From Tubulanus polymorphus (lineage: Eukaryota; Animalia; Nemertea), in the NCBI RefSeq assembly GCF_964204645.1, contig NC_134029.1:20144950-20208949 (forward strand): a stretch of 64,000 nucleotides of DNA, read 5' to 3'. Made by a program: the position numbers and the translations under genes. Within the stretch, counting starts at the first letter, position 1. Each line of letters begins with the position of its first letter. A model generated the notes under the pieces. That model had not been told where the DNA came from, did no database searches, and saw nothing but the letters and a program-made list of their open reading frames with translations. Positions 26,736-41,681 of this stretch are shown here, one piece after another.

Positions 26736-27499
26736 GTGAACGGCGAAGGCACCCTTCGCTAGTTTGAGTTTTATCTCAATTGTTTCAATGTGGGGTGCTT
26801 TTCAATGGTCCATAAAATGCCGATTTTATCGATATGAACAGCGTATCCTCGATCTCATGATATTCATTTTCAGCATATTATCAGCTCAACTACTGATAAC
26901 CTTTTACCAATAAGAACACACAATAGAATCAAAAACATTAGATAACAAAAGTACATCTAAATAGTTGATATGATCATGGACGTATAAACTAGATAATCTA
27001 GTTTATACGGCCATGGTATGATAGAATGCTTGATACTTCATGAGATCATGGACGTATAAACGTTTTACGTCCATGATGAGATACACAACTTGAGCATCAT
27101 CAAGCATCTTTTTAGATTTTCAAAGTTCGATTTTTTCGTTTTTTATGGATCATTGATTTGGCATTGATTTGTATGAGATTAAAAGATAGTTTTATTGTAA
27201 TAATTATGACAACATTGTTGATATTGTTGACGCAACATTTTTCAATGTTGTTTGTAATAAGCATTTTTAATAATACCAGATAATAGACGATACCAGTTTT
27301 ACTGGTTTCATTCTCCAGATAAAGTATAAAGTGATCTACTACTTTTGTTGTTTTTTTTTTTATATAACAAGCATGATTTAAACTTCTTTTTATGACAACA
27401 CCCGGTTTTACCGGTTTCATTGAGTCTGAATGCGGTTCTTGACATTTTTAAGCAAAACAACCATGCACAATGTGACAAAATACAAGAATTACAGAGGAT

Positions 27500-27880
27500 A
27501 TAAAAGTTAGATTAGATTAAAATGTGACCATAGCGAAACCTGTAATAAATTCATGTATAAATTAATAAATTTTTGTAATAGAAACACATCACAATAAACA
27601 AAGATATTTACAAAAATACATACGATTACAGACAATGGAATTTCGTTAAAATTTTGTCGAACTGACAATATCCTCTTTGGAGCCATAAAGAAAGAACTGA
27701 CAAAGTTGTTCAGCATTTTGGACTTTGGAGCACTGTCCTTTCTGTACTAAAATGTGAGCGCTCAGCTGAATGATAGATGTTCCTCGTCCTCTATGACGTG
27801 GCAGTTTTGACGACCTGCTATCTCTATCGAGCCCAATGTACCGCCCTTTCTGTACTTAATGGTTCTAGGCAGAAATATTG
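27500..27880 (-). mobile_element. Degraded 3' end of a non-LTR retrotransposon (CR1/L2/Daphne-Crack-like ORF2 C-terminus)
   Basis: The minus strand reads, with stops and a frameshift, ISA*NH*VQKGRYIGLDRDSR..QNCHVIEDEEHL, matching the RISxHxLxIExGRY...CxxC...EDExHF zinc-knuckle motif. Confidence 0.6.
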
Positions 27881-28444
27881 TTTGGCAGAATTATGAAAAG
27901 TATCACGACTGTGTGTTAAGCAGTTCACGTAGAGCTAGTTCACGCATCCAAAAATTAATAAATTCAGATCGAGGCGGATCCAAGCTATATTCCACTGTAT
28001 TCCAGAATACAGTCAGGAAAATGTGACCAACACAATCTGACATGATAGGTCCAGAATGCTTTGGATACAAGAAAAACGAGTCATTTTATAATATTATCTT
28101 CAACCCTAAACCACCGTTTAATGAGCTTGTAATGTTGAAAAGTTGCCAGGTGATTGAGCAATAATTGCTAGGAATATATATGTAGTTGAAATTTTTTTTT
28201 CAAAATTCAGACGAAGTAGGACAGAATGGATGCCAAATACTATGTTTTTGTTATCTAAACCAAAGGAGTGGAGTTTTTCATGCTCTGACATAGGATTTAG
28301 GACTCATTAAATAGAAAACAGTCATCCAATACTTGATTGCCGACACAAAGGCATCAATATTTGGATATAAACTTAGGTCTCCAAACATTGGCAGTACGTA
28401 AAGGAGATTTAGGATGAAGACTGGTCAACTGATTGACTGGTTCA

Positions 28445-28750
28445 ATATGTGATGGTATAGAGGGTGATAATGACGATGATGATGGCGAAAATGATAGTCA
28501 TGAGGATCGGAGATCATGGTGATGGTGCAAGTAGGGTAAGTAGTCATGATGCTGGCGATTGTGATGATGCAGCTGGAGAAAGTGATGGGGATGATGGTGG
28601 AGATGGTTGTGATGACGGCGGTGATACTGGAGAAACTATGGGGTAATGTTGGAAACGATGATGCCGTTAGTGATGACGTTGATAAGAGGGATGATGATGC
28701 TGGAGAAGGCGATAGTGCAGATAATAATGATGATGGTGATAATGGTAGTG
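28445..28750. repeat. (GAT/GGT)n low-complexity tract
   Basis: Degenerate trinucleotide repeat producing spurious ORFs in several frames. Confidence 0.85.
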
Positions 28751-29065
28751 ACTTTGTTAAGACCGTCAAAAATCAGCTTAGAGACAAAGGGACGCACATC
28801 CCTTTTCACAGCTGCTCATTTCAATGCAATAATATATTATTTGACTGTCGTCTGAGTGGAAGAGATGATTAAAATGTACCGGTATTGCTATAATTTCAAC
28901 AGAGTGATCAATATGATAAGTTTTTGTGCGTTCAGCTTAGAGACAAAGGGAACACAGTACTTTTCACAGCTGCTCATTTCTATGCAAGACTACATTATTC
29001 ATTTCTATCCAATACTACATTATTCATTTCCATGCAATACTACATTTCTGATCAAATAATATATC

Positions 29066-29102
29066 TATTTAAACCGCTATTATCAATACCGCTCCATTCA
29101 GT
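29066..29102 (+). promoter_or_regulatory. TATA box plus initiator of the Cys-rich peptide gene
   Basis: TATTTAAA at 29066-29073 and Inr-like TCAGT at 29098-29102, about 45 nt upstream of ATG 29146. Confidence 0.55.
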
Positions 29103-29145
29103 ATTCGTACGTGCATTGAAACACATTTCACATAATCGGAGAAAT

Positions 29146-30838
29146 ATGTCTTCTTCAAAGGTAATTCGTTTTATAATTCTCTTTTGTAAAATTAGTTGAT
29201 ATCCTACCGTACACCAGTGGACCAGGTGGATCATCGCTATCATCTCAATGTCATCCTCTACGGTCGCAGTGGTTAACGTATAGAATAGATTTATGATACT
29301 CCAACCACTTCCATGGTGGAAAAAGAGTTTTTACATTTTATTACATCCGAGAAACTTGTAACATGTGGTCGGTTCTCGTTCTCCCGGGAGGCTGGAGTTT
29401 TAAAAGGTCGTTTTAAGATATTGAGGTCGTAGATTACTGATTGATGCCAGAGACAACAGGGTATGTCTGTAACCGGTCGGTTCCGGGTACGACGTAACGC
29501 ATCTTTCAACTGTGCAGCATTGTCCTGTGCATTCTCTCATCAGTAGATCAAAACACATCCTTACGTACTTGAAAATGTATAATTGATAAATGTGTGAACA
29601 GATTATCTAAGGAACGAGTTTTTTTGGCGTTTTGTCGATTTTAAGGCAGTAACTCGGCACATAGAAAAGCGCTGCTCCGCAAACTATTGAAATTAGGTTT
29701 ATGTGTGGTATTTTTGTCCATACACTTCGGAATATGTACTCGAATGGCACAGTAATACTGAAAACTTGCGACACCTGGTGAATCCCCACTTGCCAACAGT
29801 GAAATCCGTCTTTTTGCTGAACTCACACCACTATTCCAAAATCTTCTATATCCTATAGTAAAAACAAGAAATTCGAGAGTTTAGTTCATATAAGCGCGTA
29901 AATTCAGGGGAAATCCTGCTTATGGCAGTGGTTTTCGCCCCACATACCCAACCTAACTTTTGAATTAATCAAACCTTTAGAAAGGAGGGGTATCCCAGTA
30001 CAGGTATGCCAGTACATCCGAGCCCAATATCTAAGGGAATCCCTAACCGTGTTTGGTACCCTTACTCCAAGCAAAAACAGTCCAGGGAATCCCTTATTTC
30101 ATCATCAATCTGTCTCTCAGGATCAATGGATTTCATACATATAACCGAAATTCGTTACCTAGCCCATTTGCAGAAATTATGGCAACATTTATGGGGGACC
30201 TCTTCTTCACTCTAGGTACTATTTTTGGGGTCCGGCCCTATGCATCTTCGAGCTACTAACCTAATTGTGGTCTGATGCCTGCTGCCGTAGCTGTTGTCCT
30301 ATCACACACTAGCGACACGTGGTAGATCCACGCTTGCCGCATGTGAAATTCTCATGTGAGGCGACTATTGAGTCCACGAAAAGCAGGCTAATTACTCGGC
30401 TACTTATTCCACTTTTTATTTTTTCTCGCATCTGCCATTATTGAAGCTACCTAAATCGATTCAGCACTACAAGTTTTAACATAAACACATCCCCTAATAT
30501 TGAAAACGAAATAAAAAGATGACCTCTCTACCTCAATGGGAAATTATATATCTAGATGTTCTTTATCTTATTCTTCAATGACTTAGCAAAACCGCCTATC
30601 GCAGTATATTTCTCTTTGGAAATATACCTTGTATAACGATATGCTTTCATTTCAGTATCCGATGGTCATGGTTTTAGTTCTGATGATGGTCGCTGGAAGC
30701 GTTACTTCTGACGAAATAGACGATCGTTGTCGCAAATGTGCAATAGAATGTTCATCAGCCTGTAGTGAGGACTATGCACTATTTGCGCTTTTTCTTTGCA
30801 AGTATGGATGTAAACGTGCGAATTGTGATGGATGTTAG
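29146..30838 (+). CDS. Secreted cysteine-rich peptide precursor (65 aa; 42-aa mature peptide with 8 Cys)
   Basis: Exon 29146-29160 (MSSSK, AAG|GTAATT) joins in phase 0 to exon 30656-30838 (TTTCAG|YPMVMVLVLMMVAGSVTS-DEIDDRCRKCAIECSSACSEDYALFALFLCKYGCKRANCDGC*). Hydrophobic signal peptide; AATAAA at 30904. Confidence 0.75.
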
Positions 30839-32288
30839 TTCCCAATGATGTCGACTTTTAAAGCGATCGATGTCAATTCGCTGGTATCATTGATGTGACT
30901 TCAAATAAAAAACACGTTATCTAAAATAGTAGTTTCTTTGTTCGTTTTCTGACGCGGGCAACTACCATTTCTTGGTGAAGGTAGAGGGTCAACCAAGTCT
31001 GGGCTTATCACTAGCCTCATTATCTTTCCTTCTGATTTAGCATCGACCACTTTTAGGGATATTGATTTCGCATTCTCTCAAGTCCTTATTAAATTCTTTT
31101 TGTTTTTTTCTTACTTTCGCGTACCCGGTATGGCCTTTTTATAGTTTTTTGAAGAGTTCTTGGGGGATTCACAATTAGAAGGAGTAGGAAAACTCCTATA
31201 CCTTTTTTCCATATAATTATATCTCTTCTGTGCGGTGAACGGCAAAATGGCAGGAAAAAAGGCCAAGGAAAAGAAAAGGCCAGAAGAAATGGCCAAGGCA
31301 TTTGCCCAGGGACAAATGACCAACTAAAAAAATGGCCACGGAAAAAAGTAGTCAGTAACCTGCCTGTGGATTAGTTTCACGATCGGATATTTTCACAAAC
31401 CACATAAAGTATAAGCCCATCCGATTAAGCTGCCACCAACGATAAGGTAACTAACTAGGAAAAAAGAGGCAAGGAAGATGAAATGAAAAATTAGATATCA
31501 TTTCATTAACAACCACAATAATAAATGCATTGATCTTTTGACATGTCGCTTTTAGAGATTATAAGACCCCCCCCCCCAGTCCTGAATTAGTTTACGTAAA
31601 TTTACGATGATTATATCTCATTTTGATGTCATAGTTTTCACGACTAACGCCTCGCCGCCCATTCCTCTGGTACAGGCCCGCTCATTAAGTTCTTCGCAAC
31701 TGTATTAGCTTTTAATAGATTCACAATCTGTTTGTTGCCGGTCCAAAAATCACAATTTAGAATTTTTGGAACCTAGCTTTTATGCGAAAAGCTTGAGGTA
31801 GTGCCTCGAAAAAAAGTAAAATTTACCCATATCTTCTCAATATTATAGACAGACTGCACATTATTTTGTGATATTCATGTAAGGAATGAAAGCCCGACTG
31901 GTTGCCTGTCCAATTCTGCAGATAGCCGGTAACCAGTCTATCGCTCCCGAACTCGCTTCCGCACCAGTTCGGGAACGACGGATGAAGACGGTTTGTTGTA
32001 CAAGGCCAAGTCGACATTGGAACGGTTAATAACTTAGTACGGTAACGGAAATACGATCGCCTCGATCACCGGCTAAATCGACAGCTTTATAAAACAATCT
32101 ATTGGACCGATGTGGGTTTTTGGGTCCATTTCATTCGTCAATCGCTCGTCGATACAAAATGGCGGCTTTTTGAACATAGAAAATAGTTACTATTTTGCTA
32201 TCATAGGGTCCAGTAGTCAGTTACCTGTCTGTGGTAAATAATGTTATCAATTGTGCTCTTTTTTTCCCCAGTTTTTAGATAATCAGTC

Positions 32289-37159
<4,871 letters not shown>

Positions 37160-37939
37160 CGAAATAGAAACTGTTTGCTTTTTTTGCTGAATAGACAACA
37201 TGAGGCCAGATGTGAAAATCTGGGTTATACCGAGGTTTGAAGAGCTGTTAGGACTTTTGACTGGGATGCTAAGTTGAGGATTTGATCCAAAGACAATATC
37301 CCAATTATAATTTACTAACACGACGTCTAAAGGATCAATCCACTACACGGCCCCTGATGCATGATTCCTCAGCACAGAGGACAAGCTTTCGTCACACCAA
37401 GAAGAGACCACCGAAGCATCTCGCCGAAAGAGCTGTAAAAACATCACGAAGAAAGTGTTTAATATGAACGACTTACGTTTTATTCGCCCAAAATAAAGAA
37501 AATCAAGGCATCTTTTAAAATATTGATACGATAGTTCATTCGCTACTCTGATCATCATAACATTTGACAGAAATGATTTATGTGAAACCGTAAAAAAATT
37601 AAAATGAATTTCAACCAATACATTGATGATGTCTGATGTCATGCGGTGGACTTAATTCTAACAAATTGCAGTATCCAATATGTAAATGATATACATGGTT
37701 AACTATACAATTATTTACATAAAAACGTTTAATAAACTAGGAAAGTAATGAAAGTGGAGAAAAATGGAAAAAAATAAACCATCGTTGATAAAATGGTTAA
37801 CACTCTTAAACTCAATCAAGATCAAGCATACCGGGCATTCGCCTAATAAATGCAAACCAAATCTATGCAAAAGAATACCGGTAAGTGACATTCATCGTAC
37901 ATTTTTCAACGGGAAGTATTTCAAAGATCAGAGATTCAT

Positions 37940-40738
37940 TCAATCATCTAAACAAATGAGTTCAGGCTGCGTGTTACTACTAGCCGAAGTGGCCGCGATG
38001 GGTTCGCTCAGCGACATCACCATGCCAATTTTCAGACCCATTTCTTCCCCACCCGATTCATCGACCGATGCCGAAGACGTAATACTAGTCGGTACTAGTA
38101 GACTACTAGTCTGAACTAGTAGACTTTCCGTTGTATTGTTCGTACTATTCGAGCTAACAACTGGAGTCGTAGTAGTAGTAGTCGTCGCGATTGAAGACGA
38201 AGACTCTGATGATAAACACAATATATCACTGTCGCCACTTCTGTTTCTTTGCTCCTGGTAGTTGTCTCGCGTAGGTGTAGGATTTTCACTAGTGGTGGTT
38301 GTTAAAGATGACGAAGTTTCAGAAAAACGCGGTAAGGAAGGAACCCGAGTGATAGCCACCGTCGACGCAATAGAAACGGATGATATCGCAGCATTCGTCG
38401 CAGTAACAGGTTCTACATCAGTCACCACGGAAGCAGGCTGTACAGCAGCAGTAGGCATAACAACAGATGGGATGCTAGTAGATACCATAGAAATAGAAGA
38501 TGAAGCCGAGACTGCTGAAGCAACAGTCTGGTCATTAGTTGATGTAGCAGTTACAACAGAGTGACCATCGATGGATGTCACAGCAACAGTTGGGTCACTA
38601 GCAGATGTTACAGTAGCAGATATAGTAGCCAACGTTTCAGTAGCAGACATAGTAGCTGATGGTCCAGAAGCAGACGTGGTAGTAGCTGATGGTGCAGTAG
38701 CAAACGCTGTAGTTAACGTTAGAGCAGCAGAGGTGGTAGCTGATGTAACAGACGCAGCCGAGGTACCTCCTGTGATGTGAACGACGTCGTTGGTTTTCGA
38801 CTGGTCGTTAGTTGCGGAAGTTGCCGAATTAGCGACTGCCGGTTGCTGCTGAGCAGCTGCCGCTTTAGCCGCGGCCTGTTGCTTCGCTAACTTAGCCGCG
38901 AGCAATCGATCTTTGTATATGTAGTTGAGTTTCGACAAAATGCCGCAGAAATCGGACACCTTTATCAGTTTATTACAGGCTAGTTTCTGTTCATTGAGAC
39001 GCCTCGCTCGAAGCAACACGGCCGATAAAGACGGCGAACACTCCGCCAATTCGACCTTTAACACGTCGGTCAACGCGTATAAAAACTCCGAAATGTCGAT
39101 CGGTTTGAAAAACTGTTTGACGACGTCTTGCACCAAAATCAGATCGTTGTTACCCTGCTTTTTGACCATCAAGAAACGCTTTCCTTCGATGGTCGCCAAT
39201 TGCAGCGTGTGCTCGGGTGGAGGTTTACTCGCTACGGGAATATTCGGCCGAGGCGCATTGTTTGCCACGACAGGATTATTTAACGACTGTGGCGGCGCGG
39301 CGTTCGAGTGAATGACCAGCGCCGGATGCTGATGAGACGCCGATTGAACGACGGCCGGTCTGAGAGCTTGACTCATAACGGCGTACTGATTGTTCGACCG
39401 AGGAACAATGATTCTCGGCTGCGGGGTCGAATGCGCGACGGTAGTAGCGACCTGAGGCCGCGCCGCGCTACCCATCGAGACCGGCGTCATATGGTAAGCC
39501 GGCGGTAGTTGAATGTGATGCTGTGCGGGCATCGTAGGATGCTGCACGACCGTATTCGGTGGCGCCCTCGGTACGAACTGCGACGACGACTGCACGGGAA
39601 TCGTATTGTTACTAGGCACGGCTGGTCGCTGCTGCTGCTGCTGCTGAGGGACTCCGCCGTTCATCTGATTCATCGGAGGGCGATTCATCTGCATCGGATG
39701 CATCATCCGATTAGCCGGATTCAACATGATGCCCGGTCCGTACTGAATACCGGGCGGCTGCACCTGGTAACCCGGCGGCGCCGGCATTACGATCGGCACG
39801 GCCGCCGGCGGCAGAAATTTGGCGTGCGAGAACGGGTCGTGCGACGGCAGTTCGATCACCGTCGGTTTACAATTGCTGCGAATCACGTCCAACGGAAACA
39901 ACTCCAACGACGAGTTGAAGTCGAAATCGATCATCGCTTCTTTGCAAACGCGATTGAAAAAGATCACTTCGTCGGCGTTGCCCGGCTGTCCTTTCACGTT
40001 CAAATCGGTCATCAAGCCGGCCGCGTATTTCACGACCTGGAATGGCACGAGGCGTTCCTTGTCGTCGCGATAAACGTACGGCAAAACAGTGTTGTTCACC
40101 TGCACCCAGCCGCCTCGCGTAATCGAACGCGGGTTGAACTTCATCTGTTTGAGTTTCTCATCGGGGAAACTGTCCCTGACGACTTTGAAGAACTGGACGA
40201 ACTCGCTGAGTTTGACGATCAAGTCTTTCTCGGTGAATGGCTCGTGGCCGTACTCGAAGTCGCAATGATGAGTATTGATTTCGTTGAGTAATTTCACCTC
40301 GTTCGCCGTTACATAATAACTATGCAGCGGCGGTTTCTCTTTCAGCTCTTGCGGATAAACGTTCGGATACCGACTGAGCAGTTTCGTTTCCACGATACGA
40401 ACGGCCACGTAGTGAATCTTATCCTTGCCGCGAAATAAAACGGGAACGTTCACGTCGACGATGCTCGTCCATCCGAAGATTCCTCGCGCAGACGCTTCAT
40501 CCATCGGATCTGGTTTTTTCGGCTCGTTGTTACTAGTAGACGCAACGGGTTGTTGAGTCGTCGGTTTAGACGTTTGCGGTCTCGGCTGAATTGCCTGCGG
40601 TGCTTGTGTTGTTCGCTGTTGTTGTTGTTGCTGCGGAGGCTGGCTGGTTACCGGTACCGGTGTAGCGGTCATCTGTCCGTCGCTGGATTCTGTGACGTAC
40701 AGAGCGTCCGGAGGCTCGGGTTTCACGTTTAACGGCAT
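37940..40738 (-). CDS. Uncharacterised 932-aa protein with three repeated globular domains separated by Q/P- and S/T/A-rich regions
   Basis: Single 2.8-kb coding exon; acceptor TTCAG at 40763; first ATG 40738 (MPLNVKPEP); non-coding first exon ending at 41436 (GAG|GTGAGT); head-to-head with MRPS30. Confidence 0.88.
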   Translation of the reverse strand: MPLNVKPEPPDALYVTESSDGQMTATPVPVTSQPPQQQQQQRTTQAPQAIQPRPQTSKPTTQQPVASTSNNEPKKPDPMDEASARGIFGWTSIVDVNVPVLFRGKDKIHYVAVRIVETKLLSRYPNVYPQELKEKPPLHSYYVTANEVKLLNEINTHHCDFEYGHEPFTEKDLIVKLSEFVQFFKVVRDSFPDEKLKQMKFNPRSITRGGWVQVNNTVLPYVYRDDKERLVPFQVVKYAAGLMTDLNVKGQPGNADEVIFFNRVCKEAMIDFDFNSSLELFPLDVIRSNCKPTVIELPSHDPFSHAKFLPPAAVPIVMPAPPGYQVQPPGIQYGPGIMLNPANRMMHPMQMNRPPMNQMNGGVPQQQQQQRPAVPSNNTIPVQSSSQFVPRAPPNTVVQHPTMPAQHHIQLPPAYHMTPVSMGSAARPQVATTVAHSTPQPRIIVPRSNNQYAVMSQALRPAVVQSASHQHPALVIHSNAAPPQSLNNPVVANNAPRPNIPVASKPPPEHTLQLATIEGKRFLMVKKQGNNDLILVQDVVKQFFKPIDISEFLYALTDVLKVELAECSPSLSAVLLRARRLNEQKLACNKLIKVSDFCGILSKLNYIYKDRLLAAKLAKQQAAAKAAAAQQQPAVANSATSATNDQSKTNDVVHITGGTSAASVTSATTSAALTLTTAFATAPSATTTSASGPSATMSATETLATISATVTSASDPTVAVTSIDGHSVVTATSTNDQTVASAVSASSSISMVSTSIPSVVMPTAAVQPASVVTDVEPVTATNAAISSVSIASTVAITRVPSLPRFSETSSSLTTTTSENPTPTRDNYQEQRNRSGDSDILCLSSESSSSIATTTTTTTPVVSSNSTNNTTESLLVQTSSLLVPTSITSSASVDESGGEEMGLKIGMVMSLSEPIAATSASSNTQPELICLDD

Positions 40739-41681
40739 CTCAGCTGCAATCACTCTCTTTCCCTGAATTAAAAACAAGAAAACTAACTTGAAAGTTTATT
40801 GAAGAAAAAAATAACACGTAGCCTGTATGTGGGGCCTATGGCCTATCTGTCATCAAGCATTACACAACTTTAAAATCTTCATTTCGTGAGATTACGTTTA
40901 AATTCCTATAAATATATCAGATGAAAGTCGAAATATTTTCAGGCCTAGCTTACACTACTGCGGGCACTGGACCTGTCAAGCAGCACGCTACGGGGCTTTC
41001 TTTACTACTAACACTGACGTTCATGGAAACAGAGTTCTGTTTCATTTTTACCAGGAAAACCCATGGAATTTGGAAGTGGATGACTTGCCGCTGGTCCCTG
41101 TAAATAAATAGGCCATACACTGATATAGTACACACCACACGCACCACACAGACCAGCGGGCACAGCCACAGGTCCACACATACAGTCAGTGTAGCGTGTT
41201 TAAAATTTCTATTTTCGGAATGGTTGTGTTTCTAACCTAACCATAACACTATTCTTTACGCCACACAGTGGAAAGGTTACCCAAACTGTAGTTAAACCCT
41301 ATTTTCTTTCTGATTTTGTTATTCTTGTCACTGTAATTTTGATTTTGAAGACAATAAACATTAATTGAATTGAATTGTTAAAAGAAACAGGCCCCAGGCC
41401 CAGACTCCAGAGAAAGCTCTTCTGACTTAACTCACCTCAAATCCTCGTCGAAAACGCTGCTACAGCCCCATGTAATTAAGTAGGTTTATTTGTTAACATA
41501 AATTTTGTTAATCAGAGCCGGATAGATTCTGTTTTCGGACCGCAATCGCCATGAATAGCACTAACCTGCTACCTAACTAACCACTAATGTTTGGTTTCGA
41601 ATCCCAGTAATTAAATCCAGCCATACACGGCCATAACCGCGTTTTAGTGATATTGCATATGGCAGCGGCCTGTCGGCAAAG

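Noticed and set aside
25896-26752. Short ORFs next to the palindromes as a possible viral or transposon gene
   Set aside because: No RT, integrase, transposase, Rep or capsid motif recognisable in any frame.
28425-28872. D/G-rich and S/T-rich ORFs
   Set aside because: (GAT)n low complexity; no supporting gene structure.
30629-30655. Start of the Cys-rich peptide as given in the ORF track (TTG 30629 / ATG 30641)
   Set aside because: These lie in the intron just before the TTTCAG acceptor; the upstream MSSSK exon gives a better signal peptide and promoter.
38262-40291. Several + strand ORFs, including a 260-aa one
   Set aside because: Antisense shadows of the GC-rich 932-aa gene; no family features.
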